A stretch of DNA of 64,000 nt, taken from the NCBI GenBank assembly GCA_965287045.1, contig OZ336879.1, positions 74,834,001 to 74,898,000 of the forward strand, given 5' to 3'. Position 1 is the first letter of the stretch. Each line of letters starts with the position of its first letter. This document shows positions 12,100 to 23,830 of this stretch, one piece after another. The notes under the pieces are model-generated. The model was not told the DNA's origin and ran no database searches. It saw only the letters and a list, made by a program, of their open reading frames with translations. This DNA comes from Carcharhinus amblyrhynchos. Lineage: Eukaryota. The translations under genes and the position numbers were made by a program.

Positions 12100-14650
12100 A
12101 TAAAGGGAGCATGAAGCTCGAAGCCCTCACTTATCTTGAGGGAGTGGACAGCATTGGATCTGCAAGGGACACTCTTCTGGAGCGGAGAGTAAAGGTAGCA
12201 CAAGGCTCAGGGCCCTCACTTATAAGCAGAGAGCACCAAACCTACAAAGGACAGCCGCCAAACTGCAGACTTAGTTTGAAAAATCCAAGAGTGGTGTCAT
12301 AGTAAAGTTGAATGGTTCGCAAGTAACTGATATTAACTTAAACATAAATAACTAAACAAGTTAACAGTTAGGGAACAAAGCTAGGAGGATAAAGGAGTAA
12401 AGAAAAAGTGAATCTAAGCGCAGAACCAAGTAATTAAAAGACTAAAGAGCAGATTGCAAGCTTACATCTCCTAAGGAAGTCTAAACAGCTGTTTGAGTGG
12501 GTACAGTTATGTAGATATTTACTACTAATGTTGGTTATAATTAAGGTATCATGGTGACTCATTGTTTATAAAAAATATCTTCTATAATAACAAAGAAAAG
12601 AGGAAGGGGCCTGAGATGATATTGTTTGATATTAAAACGATTAATTTAAAAGGGGTAAGACATGGCAGGAGAGTTCCAAGCCATGGTCTGCTCTTCTTGC
12701 TCCATGTGGAAGACCAGGAACATTTCCAGTTCCCAGGACCAGCTGCAGTTTCTGGAATCCTGGGTTTTGGAGCTGGAGGGTCATCTGGGAATACTGTGGA
12801 GCATCCGTGAGGAGAGAGTATCATGGGTAGCCCTTATAGTGGTGGTCACACTGCAAGGCTGATTCCACAGGCAAGAAGGGGATGGGTGACCATCAAGTTG
12901 CGCAAGCGGACAAGGCAGGCAATGTAGGATCTCCTGTGGCTATTCCCCTGCAGAACAGATATCTCATTTTATAGGGGAATAGGATATACAAGATAAACAC
13001 ATAGCCAAAAAAAAGGTGCAAGAGGAAGGGTTTCAGGTTTTTGGGGCATTGGGATGGTTGTGGGGAGGTGAGGCCTGTATAAACTAGATGGGTTACACTT
13101 GGATAGGACCAGTACTTGTTAGAATGATTGGGAAGGGTTTAAACTAATATGGCAGGGAGATGGGAACCTATGAAAGGATTCAGAGCAGGGGGGAAATCAA
13201 GAACAAGGAAAAAAGACAGCAAAAAATATAAGAAAATTGATATCCAGATCAATCAAGAGCCAGAATAAGATAAGGATGCTATTTTCTAAATAGGAATGGT
13301 TTTGTACCTAACACATGGAGCATTCAAAATAAAATGGATGAATTAGTTACATAGATAGTTGTAAAGCAGCATGATATAGTTGACGTGACAGAGACATGAT
13401 TCCAAGGTGACAAATGATGGGGGCTATTCAGTGTTTAGGAATGACAGGCAAAGCAAAAGATGGTGGAATTGCATTGTTCAAAAGAAGATATTGATACAAT
13501 ATTGAGAAAGGGTGGTTTTTTGGATTAATGCATTGAGGAACCAATAAGAGAACAGTTCATCTTGGACTAGATATTATCTAATGAGAAAGAACTCATTGGC
13601 AATATGGTGGTGAGCAAATCCTTGGGGATGAGTTCCATAATATGATAGAATTCTTTATTAGGGTAGATAATGAGGGTGTTGATTCTCATCCAGGGTCCTG
13701 AATCTCAATAAAGGTAACTATGATGGTTCGAGGCATGAGTTGGCTATGATGGACTAGGAAACATTACTGAAAGGAAGGGCAGTAGACAGGCATTCAATGA
13801 GCAAATAGATAAACTCCAAAAGTTTATTCCTGTTGGCTCAAGAGTGGAAAGTGTGGCCAACCCATGTCTTACAAAGGAAAGAGATAGTATTAGACTCAAA
13901 GAAAAAACATACAAATTGGCAAGGAAAAGCAATGGACCTGGGGATTGGGAGCAGTTTAAAATTCAGCCAAGGGATTAAGAAAGGGAAAATAGAGTATGAA
14001 AGTAAGCTAACAAAGAACATAAAACTCACTGTAAAAGTTTTGATAGGTATGTGAAAAGAAAAAGGTTGACAAATGCAAACGTAGGCCCCTTATGGTCAGA
14101 AACAGGGCAATTTGTAACGAGAAAGTGGTGAATTACAGAGACACGACTCCAAGGTGACAAACAATGGGAGTTATTCAGTGCTTAGGAAGGACAGACAAAG
14201 GAAAAGATGGTGGAATTGCATTGTACAAAGACACTGATACAACGTTGAGAAAGGACGGTTTTCTGGACTAATGCATCGAGGAACCAATAAGAGAACAGGC
14301 CATCTTGGACCACATATTGTCAATGAATTCTTTCTCATTGTCCAATCTGGTGGTAAGCAAGTCCTTGGAGATGAGTGACCATAATATGATAGAATTCTTT
14401 GTGAAGGTAGTTAGTGATGGTGTTGATTCTCGTCCAGGGTCCTGAATCTCAAACCAAAAATGGTTGAGGCCAAAACACAGATTTCAAGAAGGAATTAAAT
14501 ATTACTCTTGGGACTAAAAGGATCAAGAGATATTGGAGCAGGAAGGATCAGGGTATTAAATTTGATGATCAACCACGATCATGATGAATGGTGGGGCAGG
14601 CTCAAAAGGCTGAATGGCCTATTCCTACTTGTTTTTTTATGTATGTATCA
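12100..14650 (+). mobile_element. Internally deleted and rearranged CR1 LINE (5' UTR, ORF1, endonuclease part of ORF2, 3' UTR)
   Basis: ORF1-like MVCSSCSMW...LELE (12662), esterase-region sequence at 13020-13160, APE endonuclease motifs (vgvTET, SDHNMI), CR1 3' UTR ggctgaatggcctattcct. The RT domain is absent. Confidence 0.75.
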
Positions 14651-14756
14651 ACATATCAAAACTTTGGTTCCACCAACTCAACAAACCTGTCTTTGTACGG
14701 TTTTCTAGTATTTTTATAAAAAAAAATCATGAACACATTCCCAATTACTGGATTTC

Positions 14757-15518
14757 TTCGTGGCGAAAAACTGCAGCAGGCGACGGTGCAGAGGGACCTC
14801 GGGGTCCTTGTGCATGAATCGCAAAAACCCAGCTTGCAGGTGCAGCAGGTGGTCAGGAAGGCGAATGGGATGCTGGCCTTCATAGCGAGGGGGATTGAAT
14901 ATAAAAGTAGGGAGGTCTTGCTGCAGCTGTATAGGGCATTGGTGAGGCCGCAGCTGGAGTAGTGTGTGCAGTTTTGGGCGCCGCACCTGCGCAAGGATAT
15001 TTTGGTCCTGGAGGGAGTGCAGAGGAGGTTTACTAGGCTGATACCGGAGTTGAGGGGATTGAGCTATGAGGAGAGGCTGAATAAACTAGGCTTGTACTCG
15101 TTAGAGTTTAGAAGAATGAGGGGAGATCTCATTGAGACGTATAAGATGATGAATGGGATGGATAGGATAGAGGTGGAGAGACTCTTCCCGCTCAAAAAAG
15201 ACAGTAGGACTAGGGGGCACAGCCTCAAGATAAAGGGGAGGCGGTTTAGAACGGAGTTGAGGAGGAACTTCTTCACTCAAAGGGTGGTGAATCTCTGGAA
15301 TTCTCTGCCCGTTGAAGTGGTGGAGGCTGCCTCGCTAAATATTTTTAAGAAGCGGGTTGATGGGTTTTTGATAAGAGAAGGGATTAAGGGTTATGGGGAG
15401 AGGGCGGGAAAGTGGAACTGAGCCACGACAGATCAGCCATGATCTTATTGAATGGCGGGGCAGGCTCGAAGGGCTAGATGGCCTACTCCTGCTCCTATTT
15501 CTTATGTTCTTATGTTCA
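14757..15518 (+). mobile_element. Young 5'-truncated CR1 LINE
   Basis: Nearly intact ORF2 C-terminus (RDLGVLVH...LYRALVRPQLE*VQFWAP...FFTQRVVNLWNSLP) with one premature TAG at 14960-14962; tail (ttatgttc)n. Confidence 0.95.
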
Positions 15519-15559
15519 TTTTATCACAATTCCCTAACAACTCTCCATTTGCTTGAAAA

Positions 15560-16012
15560 AAAAAATGCAGCTCCAACAGCACAAAAAAACTCAACACCAC
15601 CCAGGACAAAGCACCCACTTGATTGGCACCATAAATATTCACTCCCTCAACCAAAGTGATAGCTGTGTTTTCCATGTGCAAGGTGCACTGCAGCGACTCA
15701 CCAAGTCTCCTCAGACAACACCTATCAAATTCACACTGCTACTAGGACAAGAGTGGCAGATGCATGGAAAACACCACCATCTGCAAGTTCCCGGCCACTC
15801 ATCACCCTGACTTGGAAAAACATTGTAATTCGTACACTGTCTCTGGTTCAAAATTTTGGAACTCCCTTCCTAACAGCACTATGATTACACCCACATCACA
15901 TGGACTGCAGAGCTTCAAGAAGGTGGCTCACCAACACTTTCAAGAGCAACTAGGGATGGAAAATAAATCTGGCCTAGCCAGTGACGCCCATATCCCACGA
16001 AGGAAAATAAAC
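15560..16012 (+). mobile_element. LINE 3' end (second family)
   Basis: ENTTICKFP...WNSLPNST...FKKVAHQHF and tail gggatggaaaataaatctggcctagccagtgacgccca. Confidence 0.75.
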
Positions 16013-16029
16013 AGCAAGTCTAACAAAGA

Positions 16030-16400
16030 GCAATGCAATCATAACTAATGTCTTTAAACCAGATTCTCTGGTTATGGTTTAAATATTGACCATGGGATAA
16101 TGCCATGGGAGTTGAGAAATTATCCTATGAAATAATGGCATCTTGAACTTCCACCTGAAGGGGCAGGTAGTACCTCAGTCTAATTTCTCATCCTAAATGC
16201 ACTGTGACGAGCGTCATAGGAACATGCCATACTGTCCCTAAGCTATTCCACCATTCAATAGGGTCATCTGGCTCAACTCTACTTTTCAATCCCATAACCA
16301 TACCCCTGTCAGCTTAGATTTTCTAATTTTGTGTCTAGAATGGGACTTAAACCAACAGCCATGACTCAGTGGCAAGTGCTACCACATAGCCATGACCGAA
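16030..16400 (-). mobile_element. Degenerate DeuSINE/SacSINE1-like element
   Basis: ccacctgaaggggcaggtagtacctcagtctaatttctcatcc and tgggacttaaaccaacagccatgactcag. Confidence 0.45.
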
Positions 16401-17309
16401 ACAGCAACCATTTCAAAGAGCCATAGTTTGAAGCTGATGAGAGAACCTAAGTAAGTAAAATGGCAAACTTAAAACCAAAATTCAGGTCGTAGACCCCTGT
16501 TCTGTAAGCATTTGTCTCGGCTCTTCACGAGGGCAGTGCTGGGTTGCTAGCCTAACTGTACAATTGCAATGCTAGCAATAGCTGCTGCTGCATTATAATT
16601 TTCAGTGGTCAGCAACATGTCATCCAAGCACAATGAATTCAACAGATCTTAACCATACTGACTTGGAGTTCTAGAATGGGGGTTGTGCAATTTCACATGG
16701 TCGATTTGCACAAGACTGAGTTTCTGTTCGGCAACTGCAAATTGTCTCCTCCAGGTCCACATTTCTGGTATCAACTCTGTCTCTCTCACCATGATTAAGT
16801 CAGACACATAATTCAGCTCTGCAAGAATCTGGATCTTCACCCTTTTCTTGCCTGAAGTACAACTTTATTTGGTGATGCTGAGTATCAGTTGCTGTCAACA
16901 TACCCCAGTGCTTTAATTTATGTGAATTAGTTTGTGCTTTCACTTCCTTGCATCCTTCTGCTCCTGAATGAAAAGATCAATGGGTGATATTTCCAGCAGT
17001 TATGCAAAGAATCCAAAGTGAATAAGAAGGTATATGCACACTTCTGGATTCTTTTCCGACCATCAGCAATCAGGATGCTCTTACTGCACTAAGCATTTAA
17101 AACTTTTTCGTTTACGGTATGGGATTTGTTTTTTTTTCATAACAGCTAATGAGTTGTTAGGAGACTTAGGTAGAATTTAGTGTGCTCCACTTACCATCTT
17201 GGACAATGGATAACTAACAGATAAGCAGGCATGTGCTCCCAAGTGCAATATTATGGCTTTGCATTGTTCAAAGGAGAATCTTAACTCACACAAGACGTTT
17301 GGCTAAAAA

Positions 17310-18102
17310 TTATGACAGCAGATGGAGTTTAATCCGGACAAACGTGAGGTAATGCATTTAAGGTCTAATACAGATAGGAAATATATAGTAAATGGCAGAA
17401 CCCTCAAGAGTATTGATAGGCAAAGGGATCTGGGTGTACAGGTACACAGGTCACTGAAAGTGGCAATGCAGGTGGAGAAGGTAGTCAAGGCGGCATATTG
17501 CATGCTTGACTTCATTGGCTGGGGTATTCAGTTTAAAAATTGGCAAGTCACGTTGACACTTTATAGAAGCTTAGCGAGGTTGCACTTGGAATATCGTGTT
17601 CAATTCAATTCTACCAGACGGAAGTGGAGACTTTGGAGAGGGTACAGAAAAGATTTACCAGGATGTTGCCTGGTATGGAGGACATTAGCTATGAAGAGAG
17701 GTTGGAGAGACTTGGTTTGTTCTCACTGGAAGTTGAGGGGAGACCTGATAGAAGTCTACAAGATCATGACAGGCATGGGCAGAGTGGATAGTCAGAAGCT
17801 TTTTCCAAGGGTGGAAGAATCAATTACTAGGGGGCATAGGTTTAAGATGCGAGGGGCAAGTTTTAAAAGAGATGTACGAGGCAGATTTTTTTTTAAAAAA
17901 CTGAGAGTGGTGGGTGCTTGGAACTCGTTGCCAGGAGAGGTAGTGACATTTAAGGGGCGTCTTGACAAGTACGTGGACAGGATGGGAATAGAGGGATATG
18001 GTCCCCAGAAGTGTAGGGGGTTTTAGTTAAGTCAAGCAGCATGGTTGGTGCAGGCTTTGAGAGTCGAAGGGCCTGTTTCTGTGATGTAATTTTCTTTGTT
18101 TA
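17310..18102 (+). mobile_element. 5'-truncated CR1 LINE
   Basis: ORF 17322-18026 carries FNPDK, RDLGVQVH, LRGDLIEVYKIM and VVGAWNSLP motifs; CR1 3' UTR. Confidence 0.9.
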
Positions 18103-18659
18103 TACAGAAAAATGATCGACAAGAGTGAATTTTCTGTGAACCTTAAAATAATCTCATATCAAGTCATAACCTGCCCTAAACATGAATCATGAGAGCAAAA
18201 TCCAATCTACTCCTTTATGACAAGGCCAGACGCCTTCTAACCAACCGACATGCCTTGACAACTTTAATAACTACCTTTAACAGCCAATGATATGAGATTC
18301 CTTCATCATTTCAAAGTCAACCAAACAGTCTTCAAATTTGCCAAGATTTCATCAATATGGATTGAAACACAAATCATACATGCCTCAACAGGATCTTATT
18401 CAGCCATCTCAGAAGGGCAGCTACCAGGTGAGAAGTGACTCCCAACATTATTTATTTGTGGTTCTTGCTCTTTCCCACTTGCCTAAAGCAGTTATCAAGA
18501 ATTACTCATGAATACTGAGGGAGCTCGGCAATTGTGTAAATGCACTCCTTTCCCTCAAACTAACTCAGTACCCTTTTCCATCTACACAGTTTGTTCCATT
18601 ATTCAAGCTTCATGCAAAGAATTCCTATTGAATTTTACATGTTTTTTTACTCTATTTAC

Positions 18660-18792
18660 ATGGGTATGATGGTTATAGAGGGATCTAGGCCAAATGCGGG
18701 TAATTGGGATTAGCTTAGGGGTTTTAAAATAGAAAGAGTGGCATGGACAATTTGGGCCAAAGGGCCTGTTTCCATGCTGTAAACTTCTATAA
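18660..18792 (+). mobile_element. CR1 3' UTR fragment
   Basis: tttgggccaaagggcctgtttccatgctgtaaacttctat; same family as 29770-30195. Confidence 0.7.
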
Positions 18793-18919
18793 CATGCAAA
18801 ATGCCCTCTCCAAACCCAGTGGACAGTTCATTTGGAGTAACAGACTTGTTAACAATCCAGCCACATCGACTAACCCAGAAGTCTCTTTCTGATCACAATT
18901 AACGGACTTTTGCTACAAG

Positions 18920-19697
18920 TGTGATATTTCTAAGATGGTTATGCTTTAAACTTTTAATTTGAGGTAAATTGGAGTAATGGAGAGAGTGTGTGATCTTCTA
19001 CTAACTTTGCCTGGCAATAAGCCAACATCACCTGGTTCCCATGGTGAGTTGGAGCCCAGGTCAAGTTCTGCTCAAATTCAAGTACCAGCTTTCATACCTG
19101 AACAAAGACAGAGGCCCCCCTGCCCCGGGTCTGGCTTTGTACAGAGTCTGCCAGGCTGTCAGATTCAGAGATCAAGAACAGAGAGCAAGCTTTGGACCAA
19201 GAATGTGAAACAGATACTGCAACAGCAGGAAAAAGGCTTTTCTCTATTAATCACCAGGCAGGATAGCAGTGGAAGCATGTTCACTAGTTGAACATTCTGA
19301 AGCTGTGGAAATGCCTGAAAACTTTAAAGATCTGCCCTGGTGTGGCCAGTAGATGGAGTTGCCAGAATGAGCTTTGCTGCTATTAGTCTAGTGGGGGATT
19401 CTCAGAAGATTGAAAGAAATGACTCTCAACAGACATTGGACATTAGGACACAGTGCAAGCCTGTTGGATGCTGGGATTAATATTGGACTGGTTCCTGTAA
19501 ATATGCCAAATTTGGTTATGTTAGGGAGTTAGAGGGGATGGGGTGTCTTTTCTGAAGCTTAATGTACTGTAATGTTTAGTCAAAGTTGATTTTAATTTGT
19601 CTGTTACAGTATATGTCTTACAACTTGAAACCTTGTTATGAGATCCTCAGTCAGTCACTGGAATTCAAATTTATCAGTCTTCACAGAGATTCTAACA
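18920..19697 (+). mobile_element. Possible solo LTR
   Basis: TGTGATA...CTAACA termini and LTR-like composition; no convincing TSD. Confidence 0.3.
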
Positions 19698-21308
19698 AAA
19701 AATTGATTTTGGATCACTCGTTGTTGTGTCCATGCAGATGAACACAACTATACCCATCCAATGAGCTTCTCTTTCTTTTTAGAGATCACACTAGAATACA
19801 GCTTAATAGCAGATAACTGGCACCAGGTTATTTGTTGATGACTAAAATGCAAAAGAAACAAATCACTGACACATGATCTATCATGAATACCCAGTTAGCA
19901 ATTGCATAGACCTATGCCTGGTTTCTTGGTCCGCAATATCCTTATACTAAGTCCTATCAGTCATTCCAACCTGGAAATTATCCACCATTTGGACCAGGAT
20001 TTGCCCCCATGCAAATTCACAATTACATGACAAACACTGTGCCATATTGAATCCCTTGCTGACACCAAAAAGTTGCTGGAAATTGATCAACAGAACACTG
20101 CATCATCTTTAAAGCTGCAGGACTGACATAATGCTACCATGAATCAGAAAAAATGGACAGTCAGGAAATATTGTGTGATGTCATTCAGAAACATGCATAG
20201 TCATGAAGGTCGGCCAGAGTTCAGCATCATGCACCCAAGAAAATATTAAAAAATCCTCAAATGAAAGGCCTTAATCCCTTTGAGATGCATTTTCCCAGGT
20301 GTGATTCATAAAACACAGCCCAAATCCCATTGGTAGTGAACAGGCCATTTAATATCAGGATCCAGAAGTGTCTCAACTATTTAGTTATCATGAAATCTGA
20401 TGTAATGGTTATGACTCATCCATAGGTTGTCAAAAACTGATCCTGAAAAGGGAGAAAATAAAATCGATTTTGGGCTTATCATTCAAGGAAGTGATATTCC
20501 ACCTGGCAAAAAAAGTGTCACCTTTGGAGAGAACCTTTACATTTCATGATGTAGTACATTTTGCAGCAGCTCATCAATACTCCCCAATACACGTACTGAA
20601 TTAGTCACTAACATTTATGCTCATGACCAACAACTTTAAGCATCTTAAAGGAGCAGAGATCCCATCCTGCTGCCACCCATATCTCAAAATAACTTGTTTG
20701 AGAGAAATATTGTGCAACACTAAACCAATATTCCCCTCCAGAATTTATTTTTATTGTAAAATAAGTTATGAAATTATTCATGAAAGGATTACATCAAGGA
20801 ACATTTGTAGATTCCCATACTATACAAGAACCTTATATCTACACAGTTGTCAATGTTTTTCCATCAAAACTCTTAATTCCACATTTATGAAAACTACCAT
20901 ATAAATTTGCCATTCTAATTACACTCTTATCCTCACAGCAGAAATGTGGGGCTGCTGCAACACCATGGTAGAAGGATGCAATTACAGCTTGCCCAAGTTA
21001 CATGAGGTTACATTAGAAATGTGAAGTAAGAACTTATCATTGAAATACAAAACTAAAGTCAGAATGCATGACTTTAAAATGGAAACTAAACGATACAAGC
21101 TTTCCCTGGTCCAATTATATCCCAGCCACTAAGCACACTTCATCTAAAGATTACATTTTTAATCTTCACTCACTACAAACTCCACAGGTGTTACTAGACA
21201 TGCTTAAATATCTGCAGTATTATCCTTTTGTTCCACAGCTCAATCATCCTCTTAAAAATCTCTTGCGATATAGATTAGCATTTTTATTTTTCAACAGCTA
21301 CTCACAAT

Positions 21309-21601
21309 TTTTTTTTTAAACTTTATTCCAATCCAATCAAGTCAAATTAAACCCAATTCAGAGTCCCAACAAGTTGGGACATTCCCGATCCAAGCTGACA
21401 AGACAGGGCTCTCACCTCCTGTCTTGGGCTTGATCTACATGATCCAAGCTGACTGGAGTAGGTGTAGCTCCTCCTCCAGGGCTTGATCTTATTTGCATCT
21501 TAGCCAAATGGCCGAGATGCCGCTTTAAAAAATTGCTTCAAATGAGGCTGAAATGTAACCCTATGACTTCAACCAAGTGCAGCATGTCGATACTACACTT
21601 A
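21309..21601 (-). mobile_element. U2 snRNA-derived SINE-like retroposon (SINEU-like)
   Basis: Minus strand contains AAGTGTAGTATC (U2 nt 29-40; 21589-21600), GCATCTCGGCCATTTGGCTAAGAT (22/24 to U2 nt 4-27; 21497-21520) and TAAGATCAAG (U2 nt 22-31; 21482-21491). AATAAA at 21322-21327, poly(A) at 21308-21317, flanking CACAAT duplication (21303-21308 / 21602-21607). Confidence 0.75.
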
Positions 21602-23299
21602 CACAATGTGCTGCCATTCTCTTCTTGCTATCAAGGACAGCAAAGGTGTCCATGACATCAGGGTCTCCCTGATTTTCCCCTTTTACGCTGTGCTTAAGGT
21701 ATATTGTAACATGACAAATCAGGGTATTCTTTAATGGATGTTAGACATGAGAAAGTAATGTTTTCAAATAATGTGACTAATGTTTACAGGGGGTGAAAAT
21801 TACAAATGATGGACATACAGTCAAATAACACGGTCATACTTACATTTAATGAAAGCATCAAGATGGGTATATTAAAACTTTCAATTCAATGGTTTATGAT
21901 ATAATTGTTCTTCAGAAGATTTAAAAAGCCTTGCACCAATGTAAAACATTGGCAAACACCACAAATAACTAAACTGAATAAAGAGTAAGAAACTGGGCCG
22001 TGATGCATAAGCACTGACACACCAGCCTGATTATACTCAATACCAGAGGATGTCAGAATTCAGAGCAGCAAAAGGAAAATGGCAGCACAATTCAGGATAC
22101 AAAAGACTCCGTAATTTGCAAAGTCACTTGAAAATTTAAACATCTTAACCTGGAAATGTCATGAAAATAGTTAAGGAAATCACACATATTTCTTTAGGAG
22201 GGCTCCCCAGAGAATTCCTTTGAATGTGAACAGCCAACTCTGCTAATAAATTCAAAGACAAGTCAAACAAAGAATTGCAAGACCTACGCACTGTCATCCA
22301 ACAAAATGGCTGCTGGTCACTATCACAAGATTAGGTAAATGCTGATTAAAAAGGTACATTCAATGAAGTAAGAATTTATGAAAAATAACCATTAAGCTGC
22401 AATTCATATTTTGTAGTCAGATGAATACTAAGGGCAAACACTAAAATTTAACTTACAGCAAATTCAATTTATATCCTTGAAATCTCACAGCAAAATGTAC
22501 TGCTATCACAAATGATACAATTAATCAAAATAAACAAAAATGATAAATATACATAATATCAGGAATTAAATTAGCAATATCCAAATGAGAGGATTGGACA
22601 TCATCAAACCATTAAGAGGAAGCTAATAATAATTCAGAGCAGTCATGTCATCCTGAAGTTAGACTGCAATCTTGAAATAATTCACCTATAATAGTAATTG
22701 CTCACTGCAACATTTCATATACTCATGCAGTCATTTCAGTTTTGAATCATTTTTTATGATGGTTGGGATGCCAACTTACCAAACGTTCTTCGCATAGAAT
22801 ATCATTGTAGAAAATTATCTAAACTATACAATCAACGGGTGATTGATTGCAACAAAATCATCTAGAATATATAATCTTTAGTTGTTGGGAGAAAAATCTT
22901 TATGCAGCATATGTTGGATTGTCCTAGATTGTTCTGTATCAGGATAATGAACCTGGTTAGCCCAGACATAAATATGCTAAAAAAAAAACTAAAAAAACGA
23001 AGAGATAGTTTTATTTTCACGAACAATCCATTGACAGTTTTATTTTTTCAATATTAATCCATTTACACAAACCAGTGGCACAGCTGCTGTTTGCAGAGTT
23101 CACTCTGTCACCGAGACTAAAGGAAACCTTGGTGCTCCGGGCAACCAACTGCAGCAGAATTTAAGATAAAATAAAAACAAAACCACAACAAGAAATATTG
23201 AAACGATGATCAGGAGAAGCTTTTATATATCTCAGTTTTAGGCCCCAGTGTTGCAAACCAGAAGTCAACCCAACGTGATAGCAAGCGACAAGGGAAAGA

Positions 23300-23830
23300 T
23301 TGACATTCAAACTGACCATACGGAATTCAAAACATCTCTGACGCCATTTTCTGCGACACAACCCAACGAATCAATGTTTAACTGGAGGGGGCGGGACTGG
23401 ACCATCATGTTAGACTGATCCGCAATGGATCCCGAAAAAAACAAACCGCTTAACTGGGACTGAAAAACGGAAGGTTGAATAAATGAACCATCGATGCTTT
23501 TGAAATAAATATAGACCTTTGTACTTCACGTTAATGACCCCACCCCCACAGGTAGTCATACAGCGCTGAATGTGTTAGAGAAAGGCGATACCTCACAGTC
23601 GACGCTTCTCCGCCACTGACACAGATTCGGCTTCACAGCTGCTGCTTCGGTCGTAAACTGGGCAGCCCGGCGCGTGCGCAGGGAGAACCGAACAACAGCA
23701 CCACGTGACCCTGGCTCAAGCATGAGCCGACTGGGGGACTGTGCCCTGTGCGTGCTCGCGCCCAACACTGTCACGCCTGGTTTGTGCACTTCTCCGCCCC
23801 GCCCCCTGGTGTGCGCTCAGGCTTCATAAG
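23300..23830 (-). promoter_or_regulatory. CpG-island promoter and probable non-coding first exon of a minus-strand gene (RNF6 candidate by synteny only)
   Basis: CpG-rich non-repeat island with GC boxes (ccgccccgccccc ~23794; gggggcggga ~23387), E-box CACGTG ~23702, NRF1-like gcgcgtgcgca ~23670 and YY1-like cgccatttt ~23342. Candidate minus-strand donor gag|gtatcg at 23592/23591. Confidence 0.55.

Noticed and set aside
14656-14994. Antisense ORFs over CR1 copies (also 56212-56445)
   Set aside because: Shadow frames of the CR1 ORF2.
21387-21488. Hammerhead ribozyme or CRISPR-like repeat in the twin hairpins
   Set aside because: No CUGANGA/GAAA core on either strand, only two units, eukaryotic context and no cas genes.
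21482-21600. A functional U2 snRNA gene or a simple U2 processed pseudogene
   Set aside because: Only U2 nt ~4-40 are present, in repeated and out-of-order pieces. Stem II, the canonical Sm-site context and the 3' stem-loops are missing.
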